From Chloropicon primus (lineage: Eukaryota), in assembly GCA_023205875.1 (NCBI GenBank), contig CP060763.1:434001-498000 (forward strand): a stretch of DNA of 64,000 nt. Reading direction: 5' to 3'. Made by a program: the position numbers and the translations under genes. This document shows positions 10,834-22,254 of the stretch, one piece after another. The stretch's first letter is position 1; each line of letters opens with the position of its first letter. The notes beneath the pieces were generated by a model that searched no databases, had not been told where the DNA came from, and worked only from the letters and a program-made list of their open reading frames with translations.

Positions 10834-13486
10834 ATGCGACGACGGGAGCGACAACATTCCGTGTGCCTCTCGCTCCTCGCTGCTTGCCTCGCGGGCTTGC
10901 TGCTTTCGACGTCCAATGCAGCAGGTGCTGCTGCTTCGGTGTCAGACTTGCCTTCGGGGAAGCCTATCGAGGTCGCCAGCGAATCGTACCTAGGTGAGTA
11001 CAACGAGACCATTCTCTTGCTCGGTCCCAGACTCGTCGAAACTGGATCATCTTTCACCTTTCCTGTCCTTCCCAGTGATTGATTGATGGATGGATGGATG
11101 GATTGACACATCCACATCGCACAACAACAACACAGACAAGGTTCAAGGGGTGGCCTCGCCAAGCCTCTCGGCAGGGGTTGTGACCAAGCCGGTCGGTTAC
11201 GGCAACGTCTTCGGGGGCAAGCTGCCGGACCTCTTCCTCGCCAACTCGGACGAGAGCACCCACCCCGGGCTCTTCTTGTACCAGTACCTGTCTACGGACG
11301 GTGAGGGGGCCCCAAAGTTCAGGAGGAGGCTCCAGGTAACGCATCCCTTCAAGGGTCTCCTCCCTCCACCGGGCCACGTGGTGGAGCATAACGGGACCAT
11401 CCACGGGTTTTGGATCGTCGAGGGCAACATCGTGGCCCACACTCGCTACGACAGGGCGATTCACGGCTTTGTGGATAGACGGGAGATGCACGTCTTGGGC
11501 CTCCCTCGACCGCCGACCTCGGTGCTGTACCTCCCCGAAGGAGAGGAAAGGGGTGAGCTCGTTTTCGAGGTTCCTGACCGGGAGACTCCCGGGGTGCTGA
11601 GCGCCTTGGATGCAGAGGGGGACCGATTCAGGAGGATGCCGTACAATCCCAAGGACGGGCTCGAGGGGAACTACCCGAGGGACAGCACCGGCATGTGGAG
11701 GGTGCGTCCCGTCTACAGCAGCCTCTTCGGGGTTCACATCAGCCAGTTCACTGCTTCCCCTTCGCACAGCGCGAGGAAGCTCACTCAAACGGATCATGAT
11801 ATGGAGTACGGCTATACCGGCATTTCAGGATTCGTGACGGAGGAGGAGGAGGGGAGGAGGACGTCCATCGTCGCCGGCTCACATTACGGAGGACTGTACT
11901 TGTTTCAGGGGCACATCAGCGCGAGCAGCTTTTCTGTGCTGCCGCGGCAGCCTCTCAAGTCCGCAGCCAGGAGCAACGTGTACTCCAGAGCTCTGAAGAG
12001 CCCTTCCCCGCTGCCCGTGCCGATGGCTTACCCGAGCAAGAGAGGGTACACCAACATGCTGGTGGGAGGAGAGGGAAGCCTGCAGTTCTACAAGTTCCTC
12101 GGCTTCAGTAAGGACACCTTCATGCCCCTTTACTCCCAGCCCAAGCCTGTCGTGGAGGCCGAGGCGATGATTTACGGTGGCAGCCACCCTGCCGTGAACG
12201 TGGTGGACTGGGACAGGGACGGGAGAAAAGACATTGTCGCAGGAAATGCCGAGGGGCGGATCCTTTTCTTCAAGAACGCTGGGACGGACGTTGCCCCAAG
12301 GTTCCTCGCGGGGATCCCCCTGCTGTCCTGCGTCGTGGAGGTCAAGAGCAGCAGAGCCAAAGTCCACCGAGGCCTCCTGAGAGAGGTTCGCGCCAAGGCA
12401 GGGTACCAGGCGCTCAACGGGCCTGCAGAGTCGGCTTACGGGTACGCGACCCCCTCGGTGGTTGACTGGGACAATGATGGATTCCCGGACATCATCATGA
12501 CAGACGCTCTGGGGACACATACCCTCCACCTCAACGCGGGTTTCACGGGAAGAGTCCCCATCCTGCAGCCTGGCATCAAGATTTTCTGCAACGACAAGGA
12601 GATGCAAGGGCCCTGGAGGGTCAAGCCAGGGGTGGCGAAATACCAGCGCAGGCTGATGTACGTTGCCATCGACGCGGCGAACCACTTGCACGCATACTAC
12701 AAGATGGACAACCAAAACTTGAAGGACGCGGGGAAACTGAAGCTCGCGGATGGGAAGTTCATCAACACGCACTACCTCTTGGGATCTGCGGTGGGAAGGA
12801 TCCACATCAACTTGGTAGACTTTGATGCGGACGGCGTGCTGGACCTCATCCTCGCCGTGCCAGCTCATGCTTCTGTGCCCGAGGCGAACGAAGGCATCCC
12901 ACAGTCCCTGGGACTTCCAGGAGGAGCGGTCCTCTTCCTGAAGGGAAGGCAGCAGCCTGATTCGAGGGGGCCTCCGGTATTCTCCTTCCCCGAGGTCGTA
13001 CACCACGACGGCCACCCCCTCTTTATAGGCAGGGAAGATGGCAGTGTGGCCGTTACCGATATTGGGAAGACAGCAGGGCCCCACCTGCTGGTTGGCGAAG
13101 AGGGCGGGAGGATCGTGTTCTATGACAGGATGCACTTGTCTTGTAAGACCTATGACAGGTTTCCTGTACGCTCCAGCACGGCAAGTGACGTGGAATCGCA
13201 GACCGCGATGTCGAGAAAGGAATTAGAGTCTTACCTGCGGCCCGAGTGGGAGAGCCTCAAAGACCTGGACATTTCTCTCGTCCCCGAGCTCCTCCAGGGA
13301 TCGTCCAGTAGTCCCGAGGAGGAGGACTTCTTGGATCCCCGCGGCAGAAGGGGTTTCGGAACTTTCCTCGGGCACAGCATCAAAGGCGTCGACGTGCTCT
13401 TGTTTGCCGGCGTTCTGGCGGGTGTGTATTTCGGCATCACCTCAAGGATGAGGCACGCCCTCAGAAGGGAAGAAAGAAGCTTGTGA
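10834..13486 (+). CDS. Secreted/type I membrane FG-GAP (VCBS)-repeat beta-propeller protein; exons 10834-10993, 11136-13486
   Basis: Signal peptide in exon 1; GTGAGT/CAG phase-1 intron; repeats VVDWDRDGRKDIVAG, VVDWDNDGFPDII and LVDFDADGVLDLI; C-terminal TM VLLFAGVLAGVYFGI. Confidence 0.8.
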
Positions 13487-13536
13487 AGTATTGTTTTGGG
13501 AACTAGATCATTGTACAACAGCATAGAGACCTCCCC

Positions 13537-14949
13537 TTAACCCTGCTCCCTGTTCTTCTCCTTTTGGTAAAACTCAAGCGCTTCACTCAAGCGCTTCACC
13601 CCGATCTCCATCTCCTCGGCAGAATAAAACGCGAAGGAGAGCCTTGCAGTGTTTGGGGCGCCCAAGCACCGGGCCCCCGGGGTGTACGCGACACTGAACT
13701 TGGATCTGGCGATCTCGACCAGCTCGGTCGCGTTCACGTCCTCCGGGAACCTCAGCAATATGAAGTACCCTCCCTCAGGGACGTGAAATGTCGCTCCCGG
13801 CAGATGCTTGTTGATCGCAGAGACCAGTGCCTTGCTCTTCATCGACAGAGTCGGGCAGACCTCGTTCAGCAAGAGCTTGTCCATTAACCTCTCGTCCAGG
13901 GCCGAGGCCATGATGGCGCCTACGACGGGATTCAGGCCCCCCCCGCTGGAAAGGACGCCGTTGTTCCTGAACTTCTGGCAGACCTCCGGGGCAGCCAGGC
14001 ACCACCCCAGCCTCAATCCAGGCCCGCAGATCTTGCTGAAGCTGCCGAGGGACACCACAGTGCTGTCCCTGCAAAGCTCTCGGAAGGGAGGAGAATCCAC
14101 GCTCCTTGGACCAAAGTTCAAGAGCTCGTAGACCTCGTCCGCCAAAATGGTGATTTCCCACTCTTTGCAGAACTTTATGATCCCCGCTTTCTCCTCTCTC
14201 GTCTTGCACAGCGCACTCGGATTGCTATGCACGGGCACCACGTACAGGAGTCGCGCCCTTTTGCCCTGCTGCTTCAGAGCCTCCAACTCCACCGAAAGGG
14301 CCGCCAAGTCGATGGACCCGTCCGGGCTCATGGGAGACGGCAAGGTCTCAAGACCCAGGGAGGTGAAGATGTTCCTGACGAGGAAGTAAGTTGGCTGCTC
14401 CACTATTGCGACATCCCCGGGGGACGCCAGGCTGGTGCACATCATCTCAATACCGCCAGAGATGCCCGTCGTCAAGATCACTTCCTCCGCGCTTGTTTGA
14501 CTCTCCGTCTGCCTCGAGTAGAAGTCAGCAACGGCCTGCCGATACTGCTGGGGCCCGAACACGGCGCCGTACTGCATCAGGAATGGCGAGTTCCTCGCGT
14601 CCTCAAAGGCAGCCGCGCTCGCTGCCTTGATCATGTCAAAGGCCTTCTGCAGGAGCTCGGGACCCGGCTGGCCAACGCCAAAATTGAAGCAATCGTCCAA
14701 AACCTGCGTCTGGATGAGGGGCGAGACCTGCTCCGTCAGATTTGGCGTCCTCATCCTTCCAGGAACAGTGGACCCGATCGCAATCAGACTCTCTCTGCTT
14801 CCACCCTCCAACGACCCTACGTCTCTCTTGTGGATGCTGAACAAGTTTCGTTGATGATGATGATGATGATGATGTTGTTGTTGTTGTTGAAGATGATGAA
14901 GAAGATTCTTCCTCGAACCTAAGGATGCACCACCGCCACAACCCGTCAT
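13537..14949 (-). CDS. PLP-dependent class I/II aminotransferase (2-aminoadipate/aromatic aminotransferase-like)
   Basis: NFGVGQP, HSNPS, ADEVY, GSFSKICGPGLRLGW (PLP lysine), RLSFA. Start codon uncertain because of the poly-Q/H N-terminus. Confidence 0.88.
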   Translation of the reverse strand: MTGCGGGASLGSRKNLLHHLQQQQQHHHHHHHQRNLFSIHKRDVGSLEGGSRESLIAIGSTVPGRMRTPNLTEQVSPLIQTQVLDDCFNFGVGQPGPELLQKAFDMIKAASAAAFEDARNSPFLMQYGAVFGPQQYRQAVADFYSRQTESQTSAEEVILTTGISGGIEMMCTSLASPGDVAIVEQPTYFLVRNIFTSLGLETLPSPMSPDGSIDLAALSVELEALKQQGKRARLLYVVPVHSNPSALCKTREEKAGIIKFCKEWEITILADEVYELLNFGPRSVDSPPFRELCRDSTVVSLGSFSKICGPGLRLGWCLAAPEVCQKFRNNGVLSSGGGLNPVVGAIMASALDERLMDKLLLNEVCPTLSMKSKALVSAINKHLPGATFHVPEGGYFILLRFPEDVNATELVEIARSKFSVAYTPGARCLGAPNTARLSFAFYSAEEMEIGVKRLSEALEFYQKEKNREQG

Positions 14950-15111
14950 GAAACGCAGGGCTCAGGGTGCTTGCGCGATCCCTCGCGACGATCCGTGCGG
15001 AACGAACGAACCCCTCCCCGCTTCAACTCAAGCGCTGCTGTGAAGAACAGAGGAGATGAGAGAGATGGACACAGAATTGGGTTTCGAATCCTCACCAGAG
15101 CGGCACTCGCT

Positions 15112-15154
15112 ACGACGAGACCCTCTTTCGAAAGACCGCGAGACGACGGTTCCT
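15112..15154 (-). promoter_or_regulatory. CTTTC element copy upstream of the aminotransferase
   Basis: Minus strand: GGAACCGTCGTCTCGCGGTCTTTCGAAAGAGGGTCTCGTCGT. Confidence 0.55.
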
Positions 15155-15691
15155 TCTGTCGTATGTATCCGTGCCTCACCACGTCAAGCCGTCCTCCGTT
15201 CGCGACCCAAACAACGAGGCCGAACCCAAACAAGGCGCCAGGCCTCAGGCTGATTTGTGGCCGAGATCCTCATCTTTTTTTTTGCAATCCTGGAGGAGGA
15301 AGGGGAAGGGTTGGGAGGGGACCTACCTTGGATTGGGATTGGGAATGGCTTTCATGGACGCACTCACTCTCATTGTCCTCCATCTCCATCTCGGCTTGGA
15401 TTTCATGCAGCGGCACAAGAGAGAGAGAGAGAGAGAGAGAGAGGGAAGGGAAAGGGGCCAGAGAATCTACGACCCAAGGAAGGACTCTTGCTTGCTCTCC
15501 ACTGCTTTCCATGGACCAAGAAATGAATTGAATTCCGCTTGCTTGCTTTGTAACGTTCGCGGCAGTCTCGTGTCGGCGTCGATGATGATGATGAGAAAGG
15601 ACTTGTCAGGGCAAAGACACTGAAGAGTGATGACATTTGTAACTACATTTTGCTTATACAGCTTGCTTGCTCTACCCTAAACTCTCCCACC

Positions 15692-17161
15692 TCACTCTTC
15701 CTGCTTGACCTTGACAATGGAAGGGGCCGTCTTGCTTCGTCTTCTCTTCGAAGGACGAGGAGCCTTGCAGAGCCCGACCTCTTCGAGGTATTCTCTCTTC
15801 ACAATGCATTGTTCCTTGTCGCTCAGCATAAGAGATGCGTCCGCAAAGATGATCCTCAACGCCTCGTTGTAGTCCGCGATCTCTCTCTTCTTCTCCGGGG
15901 ACTTGCTGTCGTAACGCTGGGCCTCCTGCACGGCTTCGGCGTACTCCTCCTCCGTCATCAGGCCGGACTCGAGAGCCTCTCTCAAATCCAAAGCATAGGG
16001 AGAAGGAGAAGGAGATCTCGTCGTCTTCATGTTGTTGGTGGTGGTGGCGTTGGAATTCTGCTCATTGAGGTTGTCGGCGGATGATTGATTCAAGTATTCC
16101 TTGGCAATTGCATATATTCCGCGTTCAGTGCGAACAAAGCGGGGGCTCTGTGCACAAGCAGATCTGACAGTTTTCCGCATTCTCTTCGGATCAGTACAGA
16201 CAGAACCATCTTTTCGCTTGAACACATACAACTTCTTGGCCCGGATCCGACCAAAGATCTCCTTCACGTGCAAGCTCCCTCCCGCATCTTGAAGAACGCG
16301 GTAGATGGCATCCCGAAGTGGTGAGGTGCTGACAGCACCTTGAGTATTGGACCCATTCAAGTATTTCTTGGCAATGGCATATATTCCACGTTCAGTGCGA
16401 ACAAAGCGGGGGCTCTGTGCACAAGCAGATCTGACAGTTTTCCGCATTCTCTTCGGATCAGTACAGACAGAACCATCTTTTCGCTTGAACACATACAACT
16501 TCTTGGCCCGGATCCGACCAAAGATCTCCTTCACGTGCAAGCTCCCTCCCGCATCTTGAAGAACGCGGTAGATGGCATTCCGAAGCGGTGAGGTGCTGAC
16601 AGCATCTTGAGTATTGAACCCATTCAAGTATTCCTTGGCAATGGCATATGTTCCATGTGCAGTGCGAACAAAGAAGGGGCTCTGTGTACAAGCAGCACTG
16701 ACACAGTCCCGCATTCTCTTCAGATCAGTAGAAACAGAACCATCCATACGCTTGAAAACATACAATTTCTTCGCCTGGATCCGGCCAAGGATCTCTTTGA
16801 CACGCAAGCTCTCTCCCGCTTCTTGAAGAACGAGATAGACGGCAGTCACAAGAGTTCTCTTTCCATTGCGAGTCCTGAAAGGACGTGCGTTGTCTCTCAT
16901 CATAGTCACCTGCGCTGTCTCAGGTTGGCAGGACGAATCCGCACCACCACTATCCTCCTCACTGTCGCTCTCCTCTTCGATGATCGTCGTAGAGCCCGTC
17001 GAGAAGCTCGCCAAATACTCTCCGTCCACGTCCATGTCCATGGCACCTGGGGACAACCCTCCCTTGTCGTCATCACCACCGGCGACGGCCCTCGCCGCCG
17101 CGATCATCGCCGCCGTCGACCTGGTGCGTGTCCAGCGTCTCTGTCTCGTGGGACGCCTCAT
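15692..17161 (-). CDS. Protein with three tandem HARE-HTH-like winged helices, a SHOCT-like motif and a basic C-terminal NLS
   Basis: Three 89-aa repeats (AIYRVLQDAGGSLHVKEIFGRIRAKKLY...F.RT..G.YAI) match the HARE-HTH pattern; LDLREALESGLMTEEEY resembles SHOCT; KRRRSK near the C-terminus. First ATG at 17161; later starts are possible. Confidence 0.7.
   Translation of the reverse strand: MRRPTRQRRWTRTRSTAAMIAAARAVAGGDDDKGGLSPGAMDMDVDGEYLASFSTGSTTIIEEESDSEEDSGGADSSCQPETAQVTMMRDNARPFRTRNGKRTLVTAVYLVLQEAGESLRVKEILGRIQAKKLYVFKRMDGSVSTDLKRMRDCVSAACTQSPFFVRTAHGTYAIAKEYLNGFNTQDAVSTSPLRNAIYRVLQDAGGSLHVKEIFGRIRAKKLYVFKRKDGSVCTDPKRMRKTVRSACAQSPRFVRTERGIYAIAKKYLNGSNTQGAVSTSPLRDAIYRVLQDAGGSLHVKEIFGRIRAKKLYVFKRKDGSVCTDPKRMRKTVRSACAQSPRFVRTERGIYAIAKEYLNQSSADNLNEQNSNATTTNNMKTTRSPSPSPYALDLREALESGLMTEEEYAEAVQEAQRYDSKSPEKKREIADYNEALRIIFADASLMLSDKEQCIVKREYLEEVGLCKAPRPSKRRRSKTAPSIVKVKQEE
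16089..16850. repeat. 267-bp in-frame tandem repeat, about 2.9 copies
   Basis: TTGGCAAT(T/G)GCATAT at 16101, 16368 and 16635; two copies are near-identical, the third is diverged. Confidence 0.95.
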
Positions 17162-17337
17162 GATGAAATACAACACCGCACAACACTGCACAGCTCCACG
17201 AAGACTGCCCTTCTCTTCCTCTTCACGAACCGAGCCAACAACTCACAAAACAAACTTCGAGGCAGCGTCCTCCTGTAACGCCTGTCGTAGCAAAGAGAGC
17301 GAGCGAGCGAGAGGGCCACTCCTCTTCGTCAAAACCT

Positions 17338-17656
17338 TCAGCCGAGGTATCAATCGAAAGCCCTTGAGACGCGCTTCCGTTCTTTCAACACCTCCTCCCC
17401 TTCGCCGTCCCCGTCCGTGCACAAAGTCCTCGACAAACAAAGCCCCTCTGCCCCGGTGACCCGCCGACAAATCGAGAGAGCGTTATGAACCCTCAATTCC
17501 ATTTTCCGTTTCCCTTGTGTTGGGAGGAGGGTTTCGACAGACAGACGATTGGAAAGCAAAGCGTCTGCGTTGGACAAAGGGAGCGGGACGGAGGGGTGGG
17601 GGAGGGTGGCAAGCGAAGCTACGCACCGAGGCCTTCCGATTGATACCCTGGTTTGA
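17338..17656. promoter_or_regulatory. Divergent pair of CTTTC elements in the HARE-HTH / VHA-d bidirectional promoter (17338-17360 minus, 17633-17656 plus)
   Basis: ACGGAAGCGCGTCTCAAGGGCTTTCGATTGATACCTCGGCTGA (minus) and CTTCCGATTGATACCCTGGTTTGA (plus), 273 bp apart. Confidence 0.65.
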
Positions 17657-17740
17657 AGCGTTTCGACCTTTCGGTGCGAGAAAGAGAGAGAGGGATTGGT
17701 GTGGTGTGGTGTCAGCTTGACTTGAGAGAGGGGGGACGGG

Positions 17741-18781
17741 ATGGAGATGGCTACGTTCAACTTGAGGGATGGGTACCCGGAGGCCATCGTTCGGGGGTAT
17801 AAGGGAGCCCTGTTGAGCTCCGGGGATTACGCTTTGCTTTGCCAATGCGAGAATCTGGACGACGTGAAGATGCACCTCGCCACAACGGGGTACGGGAACC
17901 TGACGGGGGAGGTGGAGAGCCGGAACACGACGACGGCGCTGGTGGAAGCGTGCACGAAAAAGCTCGTGGAGGAGTTCGAGTACCTCCAATGCCAGTCGGA
18001 GGGTCCCTTGTATGCGTTTCTTGAGATGTGCAGGATACCCCATATGATCGACAACGTCGTGCTCATCGTATCGGGCTGCCTCCACAACCAGCACACGCCG
18101 GAGCTGCTGGACAAGTGCCACCCCCTCGGCATGTTCGATTCCATCGCTTCGCTGGCGGTGGCCTCGAACATGCAGGAGCTCTACCAGCTGGTGCTGATCG
18201 ACACGCCCCTCGCCAAGTACTTCGAGGGCAGTCTGTCGAGGGAGGACCTCACCGAGATGCACTTGGAGATCATGAGAAACATGCTGTACAAGTGCTGGAT
18301 CGAGGACTTTCACTCGTTTTGCGCCAAGGTGGGGGGAACGACGAGGGAGGTGATGTCCACATTCTTGTCCTTCGAGGCGGACAGGAGGGCCATCGCGATT
18401 ACCCTCAACAGCGTGGGCACCGAGCTCACTCGGGATGACAAGAGGAGCCTGTACTGCAACTTCGGATCTCTTTATCCTTACGGGCAGAAGGACCTGGCGC
18501 CCGCCGAGGATTCGGACCAGGTGCTTAAGGTGCTCTCTCAGTTTCCGCCGTACAACCAAATTTTGAGCGTCGCGAGCGCGGACGACGACCAGGCCATCGA
18601 CGAGCTCCTCTCGAACCACGAGCTGGGGCTTTGCAAGGAGTGCTTCACCCAGCAGTTCCACTACGGAGTGTTCTGGGCTTACATCAAGATGAAAGAGCAG
18701 GAGGTCAGGAACATCATGTGGATCGCCGAGTGCATCGTCCAGGAGATGCCCAACAGGATCCATGACGGGGTCAAGTATTGA
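17741..18781 (+). CDS. VHA-d: V-type H+-ATPase V0 subunit d
   Basis: FN...[51 protein letters not shown]. Confidence 0.96.
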   Translation: MEMATFNLRDGYPEAIVRGYKGALLSSGDYALLCQCENLDDVKMHLATTGYGNLTGEVESRNTTTALVEACTKKLVEEFEYLQCQSEGPLYAFLEMCRIPHMIDNVVLIVSGCLHNQHTPELLDKCHPLGMFDSIASLAVASNMQELYQLVLIDTPLAKYFEGSLSREDLTEMHLEIMRNMLYKCWIEDFHSFCAKVGGTTREVMSTFLSFEADRRAIAITLNSVGTELTRDDKRSLYCNFGSLYPYGQKDLAPAEDSDQVLKVLSQFPPYNQILSVASADDDQAIDELLSNHELGLCKECFTQQFHYGVFWAYIKMKEQEVRNIMWIAECIVQEMPNRIHDGVKY

Positions 18782-18883
18782 GACCGCCAGTCGGCTTCAG
18801 AGCAAAAGAAAAAGGAATCAGTTAAAAAGAATAGCCCGCCCCTTTAAAGCAAATTCGTTCCCTGCGCCGCTCGAGGATTCGCC

Positions 18884-20341
18884 TTAGGGAAGAGTGTAGG
18901 TCGACCCTTCCTCCTCCTCGTCGCCAAACGGGGTCTGTTCCAGCCTCTCGTTCCACCTCAAGCACCTCACCAAACTCTTGAACCAGTCGTCCGTCTCGTC
19001 CGTCTTGTTGATGCTTGGCATCGGGTAGTCGCTCATCCTCACCGTGATGGAGTCGCCCTGGAGCAGCTCCTCCTTGTTCTTCCCGTCGAAACTCACCCAG
19101 GCGGTGCTCCTGGCCCGCTCCGGCACCTTGAGCTCGAGCTCCGCGCTGTCTGGCAAAAGCACGGGTCGGAAGGACAGGGAGTGCGGGCAAACCGGAGTGA
19201 ACAGGATTGCCGGGACGCTGGGGTGCACGATAGACCCCCCCGCTGACACGGAGTAGGCCGTGCTTCCTGTCGGCGTGGACAACAAGACCCCGTCCCCTTG
19301 GACTTTTGTGATCAACCTGTTCCTCTCGTAGCATTCGATCATGCACAGGTACGAATTCGACCCCCTGTCCACGCACACCTCGTTCAGGACCTCGAACTTC
19401 TTGCCCGGGACCGGAACCCCCTTCCTCAGCACCTGCACGCTCAACCTCATCCGGAGCGTGACGAAAACGCCACTCAGGGGGGTCGGGTAGCAGCTGTTGC
19501 ACATATTCGACAAGTCAAGCTGGTGATCCTCGTGCTTGTGGTTGGTCAGAAACCCGAGGGACCCCAAGTGGAAGCTTATGACGGGGGGCATGGCCTTGGG
19601 AAACAAGTTCGAGGCGTGGAGGACCACGCCGTCTCCCCCGAGGCACACGATAAAGTCAACGAATTCGTGCAGCTTGGCGACGTCGCGCTCGTCAAAAGTC
19701 TCGAAAAAGTCTAAATCCGGATGCAAGCTCTCTAACTCGCCGGCCACCTCAGGCTCCACCACGACTTGCAGGTTCTGTTCGTACCACAGGTGCCTTGCGA
19801 CCTCCGTCAGCTTGGGAAGCAGCGCGGTCCCCCTCTTCTTCAGCACCAGGACCGTCTTCGGACACGACTTCCACACGAGCATGTGATTCTGCGTCGCGGG
19901 GCCATCGAACTTGACGAACGAGCCCTCTGCGACGTGCTGTGACTCGGTCTCGCACGTGAACCCATCCGTCCGACACAGCTGGAACTTTGCCTTCTCCTGA
20001 AACTTTCTCTTCTCCACACCTCCCAGGCCGTTGCTGCTGGGCGTGGGCGACAGGCTGCTGCTGCACGAGACGTGGTGGCGCCGCGTCCTGCACGACCCGG
20101 ACCAAGAACCCCTCCCACTCCCTTCACAACGCTCGCCATGCGTGAGGTGGCTCCTCCTCGCCTTCCACAGACTCCTCGCCTCGCCTCGCCTCTGAGACGC
20201 GTCCCCGGAAGCCGAGGACGAAGCCGGTGATGAGGAAGGGCACGGCCAGCGACGAGTCATCGTCCAGACCATCTCGCTCACCCCGCAAGCTCCTCCCCTT
20301 TCGAGCTTCTTCTCTCCCGAGCCAAACAAAAAGACCTTCAT
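18884..20341 (-). CDS. NADK: NAD(H) kinase (probably organellar, NADK2-like)
   Basis: CLGGDG, LGSLGFLT, LNEV, DG...STPTGSTAYS; N-terminal extension with uncertain start. Confidence 0.92.
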   Translation of the reverse strand: MKVFLFGSGEKKLERGGACGVSEMVWTMTRRWPCPSSSPASSSASGDASQRRGEARSLWKARRSHLTHGERCEGSGRGSWSGSCRTRRHHVSCSSSLSPTPSSNGLGGVEKRKFQEKAKFQLCRTDGFTCETESQHVAEGSFVKFDGPATQNHMLVWKSCPKTVLVLKKRGTALLPKLTEVARHLWYEQNLQVVVEPEVAGELESLHPDLDFFETFDERDVAKLHEFVDFIVCLGGDGVVLHASNLFPKAMPPVISFHLGSLGFLTNHKHEDHQLDLSNMCNSCYPTPLSGVFVTLRMRLSVQVLRKGVPVPGKKFEVLNEVCVDRGSNSYLCMIECYERNRLITKVQGDGVLLSTPTGSTAYSVSAGGSIVHPSVPAILFTPVCPHSLSFRPVLLPDSAELELKVPERARSTAWVSFDGKNKEELLQGDSITVRMSDYPMPSINKTDETDDWFKSLVRCLRWNERLEQTPFGDEEEEGSTYTLP

Positions 20342-20377
20342 TCAGTCGATTACATCCTCCAAAGGACGCCATTCCTC

Positions 20378-20865
20378 TCGATCGAGGGCTCTTTCGAAAG
20401 ATCGCGAGACGGTGCTTCCGCCTGTTGCGTCCACACTCTTCGCCTCCCTCCCCCTCGCACGCCCTACCCGCCGTTCACTCACCTCTTCGCCTCGCCGAGC
20501 CCAAGCCACGAACTAGCAGCCACTGATGAGAGCTCTTGGCGAGTGATCGATCGAGTCGAGTGATCGAGTGAGTGCGAGTTGTTTTGGACGGAATTGCGGA
20601 CGGTAAACGGAACGAGGGGCGGCGAAGGTGTGGACCACGCGAAATCACGTCTCGCGGGCTTTCTGTCGGTACCTTGGTTGACCCGTGGAGTGGAAGAGAG
20701 CGAGAGGGAGACTCTGTCATTCCTCGAGCAACTACCTGGCGGCGATTGAAAGGGAAAGGGTCGACTTGGAGCGCGACTTTGAGAAGGTTAGCGACGGAGG
20801 CGAGGAGCTAGAGTTGCGTCAAACGAAAGATCATTTCACGGTCTTTCTGTCGGTACCTTGGTTGA
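20378..20865. promoter_or_regulatory. Three CTTTC elements in the NADK / RPS18 bidirectional promoter (20378-20400 minus; 20659-20681 and 20843-20865 plus)
   Basis: GCGGAAGCACCGTCTCGCGATCTTTCGAAAGAGCCCTCGATCGA (minus); CTTTCTGTCGGTACCTTGGTTGAC occurs twice, identical, 184 bp apart; divergent gap 259 bp. Confidence 0.7.
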
Positions 20866-20929
20866 CTCGTTTCGACGGAGAGAGGCATCCGTTCGAGGTT
20901 TGTGTGTGTCTGTGTGAAAGCCAACGAGC

Positions 20930-21280
20930 ATGTCTCTCCTTCGTCGACTGGGGAGTCTGGTGAGGACGGAGGGGCGGTGCCTGAGGACGGCGTGGGCGAT
21001 GATGGCTCCTGCGACGAGGACTTCCGGTGCGGAAGGAGACAGCGTCCAGGGGGAAAGGGATTTGTGGAAGAGCCAAGCTGCTTGTCCTCCATGGCATGGC
21101 ATGGGAGCGAGGGGTTTTACCACCGGCGGTGACGACGACAAGGAGAAGGGGAAGCCAAGGAGGGAGGCTGGCCAAGGCGGAAAGAAAGAGAATGCTGCGA
21201 GTGGGAACAACCGCGAGTGGAGAGACTGGATCAACAAAAGGGTATCAGGTAAGAAGCGAGCTCCAACAAGAGGAAAGCTT

Positions 21281-21318
<38 letters not shown>

Positions 21319-22129
21319 CCGTCTTCGTTCCAGGGTTGGTGGTTGCTCCACAGCAGAGTGTTCTGACAAAGCGTGCCTTTCCTTTCGAGCAGAATTGGAG
21401 GAGGAAGGCGTGCTGACGAAGGGCGACTACGAGAAGGGCTCCGGTAAGGGGAACCGGAGTCCACAAAGGCAGCACCGGGGGCCCGGCCAGCAGCAGAAAG
21501 CGAACAAGTCCGCGCTGCACTTGGCCATCTTGGAGGAGCTCAAGAAGCTCCCTTCCCCGGACCCTTACTCGGGTTTTGGAAAGCTGGGGGAGAGAGAGGA
21601 AGCCGAGGAGGCGGCGGCCGAGCTGCTGGCGGAGCTGGCCGCGGCGGCCGAGAACGCGGACCCTGCCGGAGACGAGGAGCAGGATGCCGCCAAGGTTGGA
21701 GGGGTCGACGGGGCGCAGAAGGGACGGGGTCCGGCGAAATCCTTCTCTTCGGACGACAAAAAGGCCAAGGCGGGAAGGATCAACCCCAACAGGCTCTTCT
21801 TTCCTGGACAGACCTACGAGCTCGAGGACCTCGACCCTTTCTCCAACCAGCCAAGGACCAGGGCCTTCCAGCCCTTCCGAAGGAAGAGGCAGCTCTTCGA
21901 TGACGAGGTCAGCGACTCGGACGACTTGTTCCTCAGAAGTTTGCACTTTTTGAACTACGACTTGCTCAGCCGGTACGTGACCGAGCAGGGCAAGATCCTG
22001 CCAAGAAGGAAAACTAGGTTGCAGAAGAAAGTGCAGAGGAAGCTGGTGAGGACGATTAAAACGGCGAGACAGATGGCAATCCTGCCCATCAACAGCAGAG
22101 TCAGGGAGGACGACTTTTATGATGTTTAA
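20930..22129 (+). CDS. RPS18: Mitochondrial ribosomal protein S18 with long N-terminal extension; probable in-frame intron 21249-21392
   Basis: C-terminal bS18 domain (F.NYDLLSRYVTEQGKILPRRKT.L..K.QRKL.R.IK.ARQMA.LP); presequence-like N-terminus; GTAAGA...(CT)n...GCAG intron. Confidence 0.85.
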
Positions 22130-22254
22130 GCGAACCCATCATTTATTTTCCACCCGAATTATTTATTAGTCCAAAGGTTCCCTTCTTCCCAGCACGCAAG
22201 AAAACAGGTTCTCATTCGTGCACTTCGGCAAAGGCGCCCCCTCCCCTCAAGCCG

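Noticed and set aside
15692..17656. HARE-HTH protein as the reader of the CTTTC element
   Set aside because: Attractive, but only adjacency supports it, and many unrelated genes carry the same element.
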